Assembly: GCA_002724185.1 (NCBI GenBank)
Contig: PBOB01000010.1
Span: 22,809-86,808 of the forward strand
From: Acidiferrobacteraceae bacterium
GTDB taxonomy: Bacteria; Pseudomonadota; Gammaproteobacteria; Arenicellales; UBA868
Length of the DNA: 64,000 nucleotides
Direction: 5' to 3'
Below the pieces are notes generated by a model. The model was not told the DNA's origin. It did no database searches and worked only from the letters and a program-made list of their open reading frames with translations. Numbering within the stretch: position 1 is the stretch's first letter; every line of letters starts with the position of its first letter. Position numbers and translations under genes: made by a program. Below, piece by piece: positions 9,692-19,164 of this stretch.

Positions 9692-10482
9692 TGAAACTAG
9701 CTGCTATTCAGATGAACAGTGGGCTAAACATAAAAGCGAATCTATTGTTGGCTCGTAAATATGTTGAAAATGCGGCATCAGCGGGCGCTAATCTTGTTGT
9801 ACTGCCCGAGAACTTCTCGCTAATGTCCGACAAACATTCTGATCGGCAAGGTGCCGCCGCTGAAGGAAACACTATTAGGGATTTTTTATCTCAAATGGCT
9901 CGCGAATGTAATGTGATTACTGTAGGTGGAAGTGTGCCGTTGGTAGGAGTGAATGGGTTAGTGACAAACTCGTGTTTAGTTTATAACAAAGATGGTTCAT
10001 TTCTGGCTCAGTACGACAAAATCCATTTGTTCGATGCCTTAATTACTAACGGTGAATCATATTGTGAGTCAAAATATATCCAGCCAGGTCGCGATTTAGT
10101 AACCGTTGATGTTGAATCGACATGCATAGGCCTTTCTATTTGTTACGATATTAGATTTCCGGAGATGTATCGTAGTCTTATATTGTCGGGCGCTGAAATC
10201 TTGACAGTGCCAGCTGCTTTCACGATTCCTACAGGGAGGGCACACTGGGAATTATTGCTGAGGGCGCGTGCGGTGGAAAATCTATCATGGATTGTCGGGG
10301 CAGCGCAGATTGGTGACCATCCGGGACGATCGACATGGGGGCACAGCATGATTGTTAGTCCATGGGGCGAAGTTTGTGCTGTTAAGGTGGAGGGAGAAGG
10401 TTTTATTATTGCGAACACTGATTTGATCGAACTTCGGGAGCTAAGGGAAACATTCCCCAGTTTGGCGCACCGCCGTCTGTAG
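9691..10482 (+). CDS. Carbon-nitrogen hydrolase family protein (Nit/amidohydrolase)
   Basis: 263 aa. The Glu-Lys-Cys triad contexts are present: VLPENF, YDKIHLFD and GLSICYDIRFPE. Confidence 0.85.
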   Translation: MKLAAIQMNSGLNIKANLLLARKYVENAASAGANLVVLPENFSLMSDKHSDRQGAAAEGNTIRDFLSQMARECNVITVGGSVPLVGVNGLVTNSCLVYNKDGSFLAQYDKIHLFDALITNGESYCESKYIQPGRDLVTVDVESTCIGLSICYDIRFPEMYRSLILSGAEILTVPAAFTIPTGRAHWELLLRARAVENLSWIVGAAQIGDHPGRSTWGHSMIVSPWGEVCAVKVEGEGFIIANTDLIELRELRETFPSLAHRRL

Positions 10483-10578
10483 GTTGACGTTGGCTAGATA
10501 ACTATCTAAAGGGTTTCATTTCACCACCTTCGCATAGTAATAAAGTATGCAGATATGGTAATAAATCACTACTTAATC

Positions 10579-11853
10579 TCAATTATCAGTTTTTCCTAAA
10601 TATTTGTTGATAGCTACCAGTTGTGTACAGATTGCCAAGAGCTCTATGGCTCGACCTAGATCCTCCATGCTTGGGAACGTTGGCGCGATACGGATGTTAC
10701 AGTCGTTTGGATCTAGACCATGGGGAAAACTAGCTCCCGCGGGGGTAAGGGTAACACCAGCTTCCTCTGTCATAGCGATTACTCGACGAGCACATCCGTT
10801 GGGAACGTCGAGACTTATGAAATACCCACCTTTTGGTTTGGACCACTTAGCGATATTTTTTTCACCAAGCTCTCGTTGAAGAATTTCTTCAACGAGATCA
10901 AATTTTGGTTTCAAAATCCTCGCGTGCTTATGCATATGATTTCGAAGTCCGTCCAGATCTTCAAAAAATATCATATGTCGCAACTGATTTATCTTGTCAG
11001 GGCCAATAGTTTGTACTCCAATCTTGGTGCGTGCATCCTGAATGTTAGCCGAGCTCGCACCTATAGCTGCAACACCAGCGCCTGCCAAGCTCATTTTAGA
11101 AGTCGATGCAAACATTAACACACGATCTTCGTTCCCGTTTTTGATACAGGCATCGAGTATATTTTCTAGAGGATCTGGCTCCAATATGAGATGATGTTCA
11201 GCGTATGCATTATCCCAAAAAATTCGAAAGTCATTTGCTGTTTCCATCTGAGCAAGGCGATTGATTACTTCATGGCTGTATGTTATCCCTGTTGGATTAC
11301 TATAGCGAGGCACACACCAGATGCCTTTTACGGATGAATCCAAGCAGAGCGCTTCTACTTGGTCCATATTAGGACCATCTTGTGTCATTTCCACTGGCAG
11401 CATTTCAAAGCCAAATAATTCGGTGATCGAGAAGTGTCGATCATAGCCAGGTGATGGGCAGAGGAAGCGAATTGTGCCCTGCTTTCTCCACGGAATAGTC
11501 GAAGCGCTAGCACCCCATTGATAAGCCCGGAAAAGAGCGTCATGCATCATTGTGAGACTGCTATTTCCGCCAATAATGATGTTTTCTACTGGGCACTCTA
11601 GAATTCCCGCGAATAGCTGTTTCATCTCGAAGAGGCCGTCAACAATACCGTAGCTCCTGCAATCGATATTATCTTTGCTGATGTAATCAGAAGGACCAGG
11701 AAGTGATAGCATAGGATTGGCAAGATCAAGTTGTTCAGGCGATGGGTTGCCTCGTGAGATATTAAGTTGATAGCCTCTATCTTTGGCGCGTTTAAGGCGA
11801 ACAGCGAGATCGCTTTGAAGTCGGATCAGTTCAGATTCTGATAAGTAGTTCAT
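10579..11853 (-). CDS. PLP-dependent aminotransferase, class I/II fold
   Basis: 424 aa. Segments NPTG (YSNPTGITY), FWDNAYAEH and STSKMSLAGAGV (PLP-lysine context). Substrate is unknown. Confidence 0.7.
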   Translation of the reverse strand: MNYLSESELIRLQSDLAVRLKRAKDRGYQLNISRGNPSPEQLDLANPMLSLPGPSDYISKDNIDCRSYGIVDGLFEMKQLFAGILECPVENIIIGGNSSLTMMHDALFRAYQWGASASTIPWRKQGTIRFLCPSPGYDRHFSITELFGFEMLPVEMTQDGPNMDQVEALCLDSSVKGIWCVPRYSNPTGITYSHEVINRLAQMETANDFRIFWDNAYAEHHLILEPDPLENILDACIKNGNEDRVLMFASTSKMSLAGAGVAAIGASSANIQDARTKIGVQTIGPDKINQLRHMIFFEDLDGLRNHMHKHARILKPKFDLVEEILQRELGEKNIAKWSKPKGGYFISLDVPNGCARRVIAMTEEAGVTLTPAGASFPHGLDPNDCNIRIAPTFPSMEDLGRAIELLAICTQLVAINKYLGKTDN

Positions 11854-12076
11854 TCTGTTAGGTAACGAGTATTGGTTTCGTTGGCTAGAGCATTTGGAAA
11901 TTAAGCACCAGACTTATCTGGAGTGACGGACTTACATTAGCAAAAGGATAATAGTTTGCGAGAGTAGGGTGCTGGGGTCGCCTTATGCGATGCACTCTTT
12001 AAATCCTTCTTCTGGCTAAGATATGATTAGTGCTATATTAACAAAAAATACTATTATTTTGCTATTAAAAGACCTA

Positions 12077-13810
12077 TTAATCTTGATTTATCCTATCTAC
12101 TAGAGATCGAAGTTGAGATGATGTATTGCAGCTAAGTATTTCTTGAGTTTTGCCAAAAAGTTTCTCCAGGTTGCTATTCCGAACAATTTCTTTTACTTCA
12201 AGCAGTCTTTTGGGCTCCATGCTGAATTCCAACAAACCCAAACCTAACAGTAGTCTAGTATATTCAGGATCACCTGCCATTTCTCCACACATTGATACCG
12301 GAATACCAGCAGTTTTGCCTGCTTCTATAACATTCTTTATGAGACGAAGGACAGACGGATGTAGAGGATCATAAAGATAATTAACTTCATCATCTATTCG
12401 ATCAATTGCTAGCGTATACTGAATTAAGTCATTGGTACCGATAGACAAAAAGTCTAATTTTTCCGCAAAAAGATCAGCCGATATTGCTGCAGCAGGTACC
12501 TCTATCATGCCACCAATTGGAATATTGTCATTAAAAGCAATTTCTTCCTTACCAAGTTCATGCTTCACTTCGTTCACAATTTCTATTGCCTGCTCTAATT
12601 CTGAAAGGGAAGATAGCATTGGAATCATAATTCTTGTTTGGCCATGTGCTGATGCTCTCAAAATAGCTCGTAGCTGCGGTCGAAAGAGTGCTGGCTCATT
12701 TAAACATAACCTGATGGCCCGTAATCCAAGTGCTGGATTGATAGTTGATGCTCCATCGATGCGACCACCATCTACTTGCTTATCTGCCCCTAAATCCAAT
12801 GTACGAATTGTTACTGGTCCTTCAACATTTGCGATGACATCTCGATAGGCAAAGTATTGTTCCGATTCATTTGGTGCTTGTGTACGATTCATAAATAGAA
12901 ATTCCGTTCTATACAAACCCACTGCTTGAATCCCAACACTTTCGAGGGTATTGATATCATCCGGTAGCTCTATGTTCGCGAATAAATTAATATTCTGACC
13001 ATCGATGGTTATTGCTGGTTGTTTTCTAAGCGATTTTAGCTGTTTTTCTCGGTTGCTTTGATAAATCTGTCGTTGCTGAAACTCATTAAGTAGTGGTTCA
13101 TCAGGGTTAACAATTATCGTTCCGGTATGGCCATCAATAGCAATCAGATCGCCATGTTGGATATAATTAACAGCATTATGTAGTCCAACTACAGCGGGAA
13201 TTCCAATACTTCGTGCAAGAATAGCCGTATGCGATATAGGCCCACCAAGACTAGTTATAAAGCCATTGACGCCGCGATTATGTAAAGCAACGACTTCTGA
13301 AGGAGTGAGATCGAGTGCAATTACCATGTGCTCGTCTAAATTCTTGTCGGAGGAAAGAGGTGAAGAATCATTCGTTACAACCAGCTCATCAAAAATACGT
13401 TCAACAACTTGATGCACATCATTTTTTTTGCTACGTAGGTAGGGATCTTCTATATTTTCAAAAAGTTTTACAAGCTTTTCAGTTTCTGTTTTTAGTGCCC
13501 ATTCAGCGTTATAACGATATTTTTGAATTGCACGTACGGGTTGCTCGGTTATAGCCGGATCTTGAAGCATCAATATATGAACCTCTAGAAAAGCATTTGT
13601 TTCTTTTGGAGAGTTTTCCGGTATACCCTTTTGAATACGTTGAAGTTCGTCTCGAGTTCTATCTAGAGCAGATCGAAATCGTTCAACTTCGGTTTCAACC
13701 TGATTTGGTTCTACATGATATTTGGGTATATCTCGACGACCATGGTTTAATACTATAGCCTTACCGATGCCAATATGATGCCCAATGCCTGTACCATTTA
13801 GGACCAACAC
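12077..13810 (-). CDS. Phosphoenolpyruvate-protein phosphotransferase (PTS enzyme I, no GAF domain)
   Basis: 577 aa. Active-site histidine context GGPISHTAILARSIGIPAV, and the C-terminal PEP-utilising motif SIGTNDLIQY. Confidence 0.9.
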   Translation of the reverse strand: MLVLNGTGIGHHIGIGKAIVLNHGRRDIPKYHVEPNQVETEVERFRSALDRTRDELQRIQKGIPENSPKETNAFLEVHILMLQDPAITEQPVRAIQKYRYNAEWALKTETEKLVKLFENIEDPYLRSKKNDVHQVVERIFDELVVTNDSSPLSSDKNLDEHMVIALDLTPSEVVALHNRGVNGFITSLGGPISHTAILARSIGIPAVVGLHNAVNYIQHGDLIAIDGHTGTIIVNPDEPLLNEFQQRQIYQSNREKQLKSLRKQPAITIDGQNINLFANIELPDDINTLESVGIQAVGLYRTEFLFMNRTQAPNESEQYFAYRDVIANVEGPVTIRTLDLGADKQVDGGRIDGASTINPALGLRAIRLCLNEPALFRPQLRAILRASAHGQTRIMIPMLSSLSELEQAIEIVNEVKHELGKEEIAFNDNIPIGGMIEVPAAAISADLFAEKLDFLSIGTNDLIQYTLAIDRIDDEVNYLYDPLHPSVLRLIKNVIEAGKTAGIPVSMCGEMAGDPEYTRLLLGLGLLEFSMEPKRLLEVKEIVRNSNLEKLFGKTQEILSCNTSSQLRSLVDRINQD

Positions 13811-14086
13811 TTATTCAGTCTCTCCAAATCGATCCACAAAAAGAGTTTCAATATCAGCAACTGCGTTTGCTGCATCAGTGCCCTCCGCTGTGACGACAAT
13901 CTTACTGCCCTGACTCGCGGCAAGCATCATTAACTCCATAATATTTTTTCCATTGGCTGTTTGGTGATCAAGGGTTAGCCAAATGTTGCTGTTAAATGTG
14001 CCAGCTAACTTGACTAGCTGCGCAGAGGCTCTTGCATGGAGGCCAAGTTTATTTATTACAGTTACGCTGCGCTGAATCTTTATCAT
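13811..14086 (-). CDS. HPr/NPr phosphocarrier protein
   Basis: 91 aa with the His-15 context NKLGLHARAS. It abuts the enzyme I gene and lies next to ptsN, so an NPr (ptsO-like) role is plausible. Confidence 0.85.
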   Translation of the reverse strand: MIKIQRSVTVINKLGLHARASAQLVKLAGTFNSNIWLTLDHQTANGKNIMELMMLAASQGSKIVVTAEGTDAANAVADIETLFVDRFGETE

Positions 14087-14167
14087 CGTTCTTGATTTAA
14101 TGCAGACCTACTTTTCACTGATAACATAGATTTTCCTAAGTTATAGAAATTAGCTCCATAGCGGAGT

Positions 14168-14659
14168 TCACACAAGAAGCGCTAGGAGTGAGTTAGCATC
14201 TGTTGCAGCCAAGATTTTTTGGCGATGTTCAGCATCATTAAATAAACGAGCAAGAGCGCCGAGTGTGTTTAGGTGCTCTTTTGAAGCATCCGCGGGTACT
14301 AGCAGCGCTATTGCAAGAGTTATTGGCTCCTCGTCACTTGAGTTGAAAGCTAATGGTTGCTTTAGTCTAATTGCAGATGAGAGACATCTATCTATTCCGT
14401 TTAGTCTGCCGTGCGGCAGTGCAATGCCCCCACCTATACTTGTACTACCAAGGCGTTCGCGTTCTGTTAGAGTCCGACAAACGGTGTCTTTATCGAGGTC
14501 TTTATCTTGCTGAGTGAACAGCAAGGCCAGCTCTTCAAGCAGTCTTTTTTTGCTTGATATAGATACACCGTAGCGTAATGTCGCAGGTGTTAGCAAATTT
14601 TTCAAAACAGTGCCCGCACTGTTGTGAGGGTCGCTACCCATTTTCTTGTCAGCGGTCAT
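14168..14659 (-). CDS. ptsN: PTS IIA-Ntr-type regulatory protein
   Basis: 163 aa with the active-site context GGGIALPHGRL, in a conserved position downstream of lptB. Confidence 0.82.
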   Translation of the reverse strand: MTADKKMGSDPHNSAGTVLKNLLTPATLRYGVSISSKKRLLEELALLFTQQDKDLDKDTVCRTLTERERLGSTSIGGGIALPHGRLNGIDRCLSSAIRLKQPLAFNSSDEEPITLAIALLVPADASKEHLNTLGALARLFNDAEHRQKILAATDANSLLALLV

Positions 14660-14720
14660 ATTATTTATATCCTAATAGATAATTAGTGCGTTATCATCAC
14701 GAAGAGAAGTACGCACGAGC

Positions 14721-15446
14721 CTATAGTCGGAATTCCTCTCCCAAGTAAACAGATCGAACTTCGGTATTATTTAGTATTGTATTTGCTGTGCCTGAGGTTA
14801 GAACTTGGCCTTCAGATAGAATGTATGCGCGATCACATATACCTAGAGTCTCTCTTACGTTGTGGTCTGTAATCAAGACTCCAATTCCGCTATCTCTCAG
14901 ATATCCGATAATACGTTGAAAGTCACCAACTGATATCGGATCAATTCCTGCAAATGGCTCATCAAGCAGCATAAATGAAGGCTGCAATGACACAGCTCTG
15001 GCAATCTCGACCCTTCTCCGTTCACCACCCGAAAGAGTAACGCCGAGCGATTTGCGTTTTTGTTTGATTCCAAAATCTTCCATTATCTGCTCAGCTCTAT
15101 TTTTTCTTTCTAACCCACTTAGTTTAGGCAAAACTTCAAGCACAGCTAGTATGTTTTCTTCAACAGTTAGCCGTCGAAATATTGATGGTTCTTGAGGCAA
15201 GTAGCCAACACCAAGACGAGCACGTTCATGCATAGGAAGGCGTCCTATTTCTCGCTCATCAAGATAAATCGTGCCGGCATCAGTTCTGATCAATCCACAT
15301 ATAAGGTAAAAGCACGTAGTTTTTCCAGCACCGTTGGGCCCTAATAGACCAACGATCTCACCACTATTCACCTCTAGATCAACCCCGTCTACGACTTTGA
15401 CATTTTTAAAACTTTTTACAAGTCCTTGGGTTTTAAGAGTTGACAA
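14721..15446 (-). CDS. lptB: LPS export ABC transporter ATP-binding protein LptB
   Basis: 241 aa. Walker [10 protein letters not shown], signature LSGGERRR, Walker B LLDEPFAG. Synteny with lptC and lptA. Confidence 0.95.
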   Translation of the reverse strand: MSTLKTQGLVKSFKNVKVVDGVDLEVNSGEIVGLLGPNGAGKTTCFYLICGLIRTDAGTIYLDEREIGRLPMHERARLGVGYLPQEPSIFRRLTVEENILAVLEVLPKLSGLERKNRAEQIMEDFGIKQKRKSLGVTLSGGERRRVEIARAVSLQPSFMLLDEPFAGIDPISVGDFQRIIGYLRDSGIGVLITDHNVRETLGICDRAYILSEGQVLTSGTANTILNNTEVRSVYLGEEFRL

Positions 15447-15529
15447 TGAAAGTTATCTCACATGTTGTGTTTGTATAATGCACCATAGAGAGTATATAAA
15501 ATATTCGAGTCTTGGTTGTTAATGCTGCT

Positions 15530-16642
15530 TTATTGACTATGTTCATTTAACCATTCTGCTTCCCACTGTTTAGTCACGGACTCCAACATTTGTAATTGTG
15601 TTAATGGAATCCATAGGTTGGTTGATTCTGGGAGGGTTACGCGCGTCCATTCGCTGTTCTTTGAAAGGATTGTTACTTGTTGATCTGGTTTTAGAATAGA
15701 AATAATAGAAGAGTTTATTGAGGGCATAGATCTTGCCCTTACACCGCGACCCGCAACGCGACCTTGTTTGCTATCAATTTCTTCCACATATTTTGAATAT
15801 ATCCAGGCACTAATACCGCTTTTGATATTTACCCGTGCCCAATCGTTTTGGGTGCCAAGTATTTTAACGGGCATTCTTCCAGATAGCCCACCCACGAGAA
15901 CGCTATTTCGGCCAGCACTGTTATAAACTGCGGCTCCAGCATCAATGACGCGTGCCGCCGTAAATTCTAGAACAGATGACAAATTCATCTCTTTATGCTG
16001 ATTCGATCTACGTTCAGATGTTTTGTTTTCGATTATTGGTAGAGGTGTTTGTTCGCTAGACAGAGCTTGTGGTTTTACGTACTCAGCATTGTCGAGGCTG
16101 TTTGATTGTTGGATGATAAGGGTAGGTCTTGGTTTGATCCCTAAAGACTCATTTGTTTCGCTACTTTCCTTGGCCTGTGTGGAAAGGTCACTTTCAGATG
16201 CACTACGAATAGACATTCTTTCACTTTGCATATCATAAACAATGATGCCACCCTTTATTTCATGTAGGTTCTGTCGCAAAATCGCGCCACCAGAGAACGT
16301 TGCGACATTTTTTTTGTTATCTATTACAATTTTCTGGGCATAACCCTCAATCATATGAGCACTACTTTTGGGTTGTTGTTTAAAACTTGCTGGTTTTCCA
16401 GCTGCAATAGCCTCCACAAGGTCATTTTCTTGGAAATGGAGAGTGACTTCGTCTGCCCGTAATTCAAATGTTTCTTGTTCAACCACGACGTTTCCAGTGA
16501 AAATCCACTCTCCGTTGGCAACATTGAACTCTATGTTGTCAGCTCGTATGCCAGATTTTTCAATATTCTTGGTGTCGAGAGCAACAACTGCAGTTGTTAT
16601 AAATAACAGACCGAGCGTGAGGTAACTTGATATACGTTGCAT
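15530..16642 (-). CDS. lptA: LptA (OstA-like beta-jellyroll) fused to a linker and two C-terminal SH3b-like domains
   Basis: 370 aa, compared with ~180 aa for typical LptA. It has a signal peptide followed by an OstA_N-like region (ADNIEF...VVVEQETFELRADEVTL). A Ser/Glu/Gln-rich linker follows. Then come two SH3_3-like repeats (VYNSAGRNSVLVGGLSGRMPVKILGTQNDWARVNI...AWIYSKYV and VRARSMPSINSSIISILKPDQQVTILSKNSEWTRVTL...LWIP), at about nt 15578-15970. Confidence 0.8.
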   Translation of the reverse strand: MQRISSYLTLGLLFITTAVVALDTKNIEKSGIRADNIEFNVANGEWIFTGNVVVEQETFELRADEVTLHFQENDLVEAIAAGKPASFKQQPKSSAHMIEGYAQKIVIDNKKNVATFSGGAILRQNLHEIKGGIIVYDMQSERMSIRSASESDLSTQAKESSETNESLGIKPRPTLIIQQSNSLDNAEYVKPQALSSEQTPLPIIENKTSERRSNQHKEMNLSSVLEFTAARVIDAGAAVYNSAGRNSVLVGGLSGRMPVKILGTQNDWARVNIKSGISAWIYSKYVEEIDSKQGRVAGRGVRARSMPSINSSIISILKPDQQVTILSKNSEWTRVTLPESTNLWIPLTQLQMLESVTKQWEAEWLNEHSQ

Positions 16643-16687
16643 ACGCGATTGTTTTGTTTGGGTGGGTTAAAATTTGAAAGCAACAAA

Positions 16688-17209
16688 TTAACCGTCAGGT
16701 CTCACTTGGGAAGTCATTGGCGACGCAGCTTTAAAATGGGGGTTCAGTTTGAGTTCTGTATCGCCTGTTGCGATTTTTGGTCTGGTTTGATGCATAGAAT
16801 CAAGACAATAATCTCTGGACCAAGAATACGTGTCGTGTTTGTGCTCTGAAGTCGTCACATTGCCGCCTAGCAATATTCTATCGCCACCCTTGACTATTTT
16901 TGCAGTCTGTGCAGAAAACACCCGGACTGACTCAAGTTGGTCGAATAAGATAACACATGGTTCAACGATATCAGTTGTTCCGTTCGAAAGGTGCCTAAGT
17001 TCGTCGCCTTTTACTATGTGCGATATAGCGTTACCATTGCTAGTTGTGATTGTGAATGCTTCGATTACATACTCTGGCTTCTCATAGTTTTTTTCCACAC
17101 CATAGTTTAATCTTGCTTCGTTTATGCCATATTGCATCCATATGCCAAGAGCTACTAACAAGATTCCAATTCCAATGATTGTTGATTGCTCAATATAGGG
17201 GGCACGCAC
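16688..17209 (-). CDS. lptC: LPS export protein LptC
   Basis: 173 aa with an N-terminal membrane anchor followed by a beta-rich domain. It lies between kdsD and lptA. Its GTG start overlaps the kdsD stop by 1 nt. Confidence 0.7.
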   Translation of the reverse strand: MRAPYIEQSTIIGIGILLVALGIWMQYGINEARLNYGVEKNYEKPEYVIEAFTITTSNGNAISHIVKGDELRHLSNGTTDIVEPCVILFDQLESVRVFSAQTAKIVKGGDRILLGGNVTTSEHKHDTYSWSRDYCLDSMHQTRPKIATGDTELKLNPHFKAASPMTSQVRPDG

Positions 17210-18231
17210 TAAAAGATCCCCGAGCGCATTAGATCAAGTGCATTCAGCGCTCCAACTGGTTGCCCAGAATCATTTACGACGAAGACACCATTAATTGATC
17301 GTTTGCGCATCAATTCAACTACTTCAGCGGCCAATGTGCGTGGAGTTACAGTTTGTGGGCCCGGAGTCATCACGTCATCAATCAGACGGGTCGCGACATC
17401 TGTAGATTGGTTTAAGGTTCTTCGTAAATCACCATCTGTATAAACACCAATTAACTTGCCATCTCCGTCAGTTACACCAGTCATCCCTAGATTTTTTTTG
17501 GAGATTTCATGTAACGCCTCATTTACAATAGTTCCAGAAGAAACTATTGGAATGTCTTTACCTGAGTGCATGACATCCTCAACATAAAGTAATAATCTAC
17601 GCCCGAGAACACCACCCGGATGAGATCTTGCAAAGTCCTCTCTCGAAAAACCTCGAGATTGCAAGATAGCAATTGCCAGCGCGTCTCCCATAGCAAGAGT
17701 TGTGGTTGTGCTAGCTGTTGGGGCTAGATTATGAGGGCAAGCTTCTCGCGCGACCGCTACATCAAGGCACACATCAGCAGCTTCTCCAAGAGTGGAATCA
17801 CAGCATCCTGTAAATGCAATTAAAGGAATATCCATTCGTTTAATAATTGGCAATATCGTAATTATTTCTGGTGTTTCTCCCGAGCTCGATATAGCGATCA
17901 GCAAATCTCCAGGAGTTATCATCCCAAGATCTCCATGGCTTGCTTCACCCGGATGAACAAAGAACGCCGGAGTTCCAGTGCTTGCCAAAGTGGCAGCGAT
18001 CTTGCCACCGATGTGGCCGGACTTGCCCATACCCACAACCACAACTCGCCCGTCACAAGACAGGATAGCCTTACACGCACGGTAAAAGGACTGGTCAATC
18101 CGCTCGAGCAACTGCTCTAGCGCTTCACATTCAATTCGAATTACATCTTGGCCAGTGGAAATGAAATCGTTTGAATTCACAGGTTTGGATGACTCATGGT
18201 GCCTAAAATTCCATATTCTACTGGAAGCCAA
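17209..18231 (-). CDS. kdsD: Arabinose-5-phosphate isomerase (SIS plus tandem CBS domains)
   Basis: 340 aa. SIS motif VVVGMGKSGHIGGKIAATLASTGTPAFFVHP, with C-terminal CBS pairs. Confidence 0.92.
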   Translation of the reverse strand: MASSRIWNFRHHESSKPVNSNDFISTGQDVIRIECEALEQLLERIDQSFYRACKAILSCDGRVVVVGMGKSGHIGGKIAATLASTGTPAFFVHPGEASHGDLGMITPGDLLIAISSSGETPEIITILPIIKRMDIPLIAFTGCCDSTLGEAADVCLDVAVAREACPHNLAPTASTTTTLAMGDALAIAILQSRGFSREDFARSHPGGVLGRRLLLYVEDVMHSGKDIPIVSSGTIVNEALHEISKKNLGMTGVTDGDGKLIGVYTDGDLRRTLNQSTDVATRLIDDVMTPGPQTVTPRTLAAEVVELMRKRSINGVFVVNDSGQPVGALNALDLMRSGIF

Positions 18232-18345
18232 CGGTAGTCTCTCGCTTTAAAGGTTCACACAGACCCCTAAGATTCGGTTTCGGCGGGTTAGAATGTACAC
18301 CAAGACTAGAGATTAAGCGATATTTAGCTCCAATATTAGACTCAA

Positions 18346-19164
18346 ATGCCCCAGTATAGAGAACTATCAAGCCCAATGGTGCGGGTCACCGATCTGAGTT
18401 TCGGATATCACGGTCGTGCTGTTTATCGTGGTCTTGATTTACAAATAGCCCGGGGTGATGTTACGGCAATCATGGGTCCCAGTGGTTGTGGCAAGTCTAC
18501 TTTATTAGCTCTAATGGGTGGTCTATTAATGGCTCAGAGCGGCAACGTGTATTTTGATGAAATGGATCTCGGAGATAGGTCAAAGCGTCAACTATATCAT
18601 CTGCGAAAACGCATGGGCATGATGTTTCAAAATAATGCCTTGTTCAATGATCTAGACGTGTTCGAGAATGTTGCATTTCCCGTAAGGCAAAATACCAATC
18701 TTCCGGAAAAACTGATTCGTAGCTTAGTTCTTATAAAATTACATATGGTCGGTCTTCGTGGTACCGCAAGATTGATGCCTAAAGAATTATCAGGCGGAAT
18801 GGCCAGACGAGTTGCACTTGCAAGGGCTTTAGCCTTGGATCCTCAGCTTGTGATGTACGATGAACCATTTACTGGGCTTGATCCAATATCAAAAGACATT
18901 GTTGCAAAGCTTATCAGAGAATTGAACGATGCGCTCGGCATGACCTCGATTGTTGTGACACAGGACGTGACTGAAGGCATGTTGGTAGCAGATCGGGTCA
19001 TTATTTTTTCTAATGGATCAGTGGTGGACGATGGGCGACCAGAAGATATTTCGGGTAGCGAAAAATGGCAAGTGCGGGAGTTTCTTGATGGCAAGTCAGA
19101 AGGAGCAGTAGAGTTTCATTATCCAGCCAAAGATTATCTAGAGGATCTTTTTGGAATTGACTGA
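18346..19164 (+). CDS. mlaF: Phospholipid ABC transporter ATP-binding protein MlaF
   Basis: Walker A GPSGCGKST, signature LSGGMARRVALARA, Walker B VMYDEPFTGLDP. It is divergent from kdsD, as in E. coli. Confidence 0.9.
   Translation: MPQYRELSSPMVRVTDLSFGYHGRAVYRGLDLQIARGDVTAIMGPSGCGKSTLLALMGGLLMAQSGNVYFDEMDLGDRSKRQLYHLRKRMGMMFQNNALFNDLDVFENVAFPVRQNTNLPEKLIRSLVLIKLHMVGLRGTARLMPKELSGGMARRVALARALALDPQLVMYDEPFTGLDPISKDIVAKLIRELNDALGMTSIVVTQDVTEGMLVADRVIIFSNGSVVDDGRPEDISGSEKWQVREFLDGKSEGAVEFHYPAKDYLEDLFGID

Noticed and set aside
12150-12848. Plus-strand ORFs (74 aa and 138 aa) inside the enzyme I gene.
   Set aside because: They are antisense to a confidently identified PTS enzyme I, and their composition is Ser/Ala/Pro-rich shadow-ORF type.
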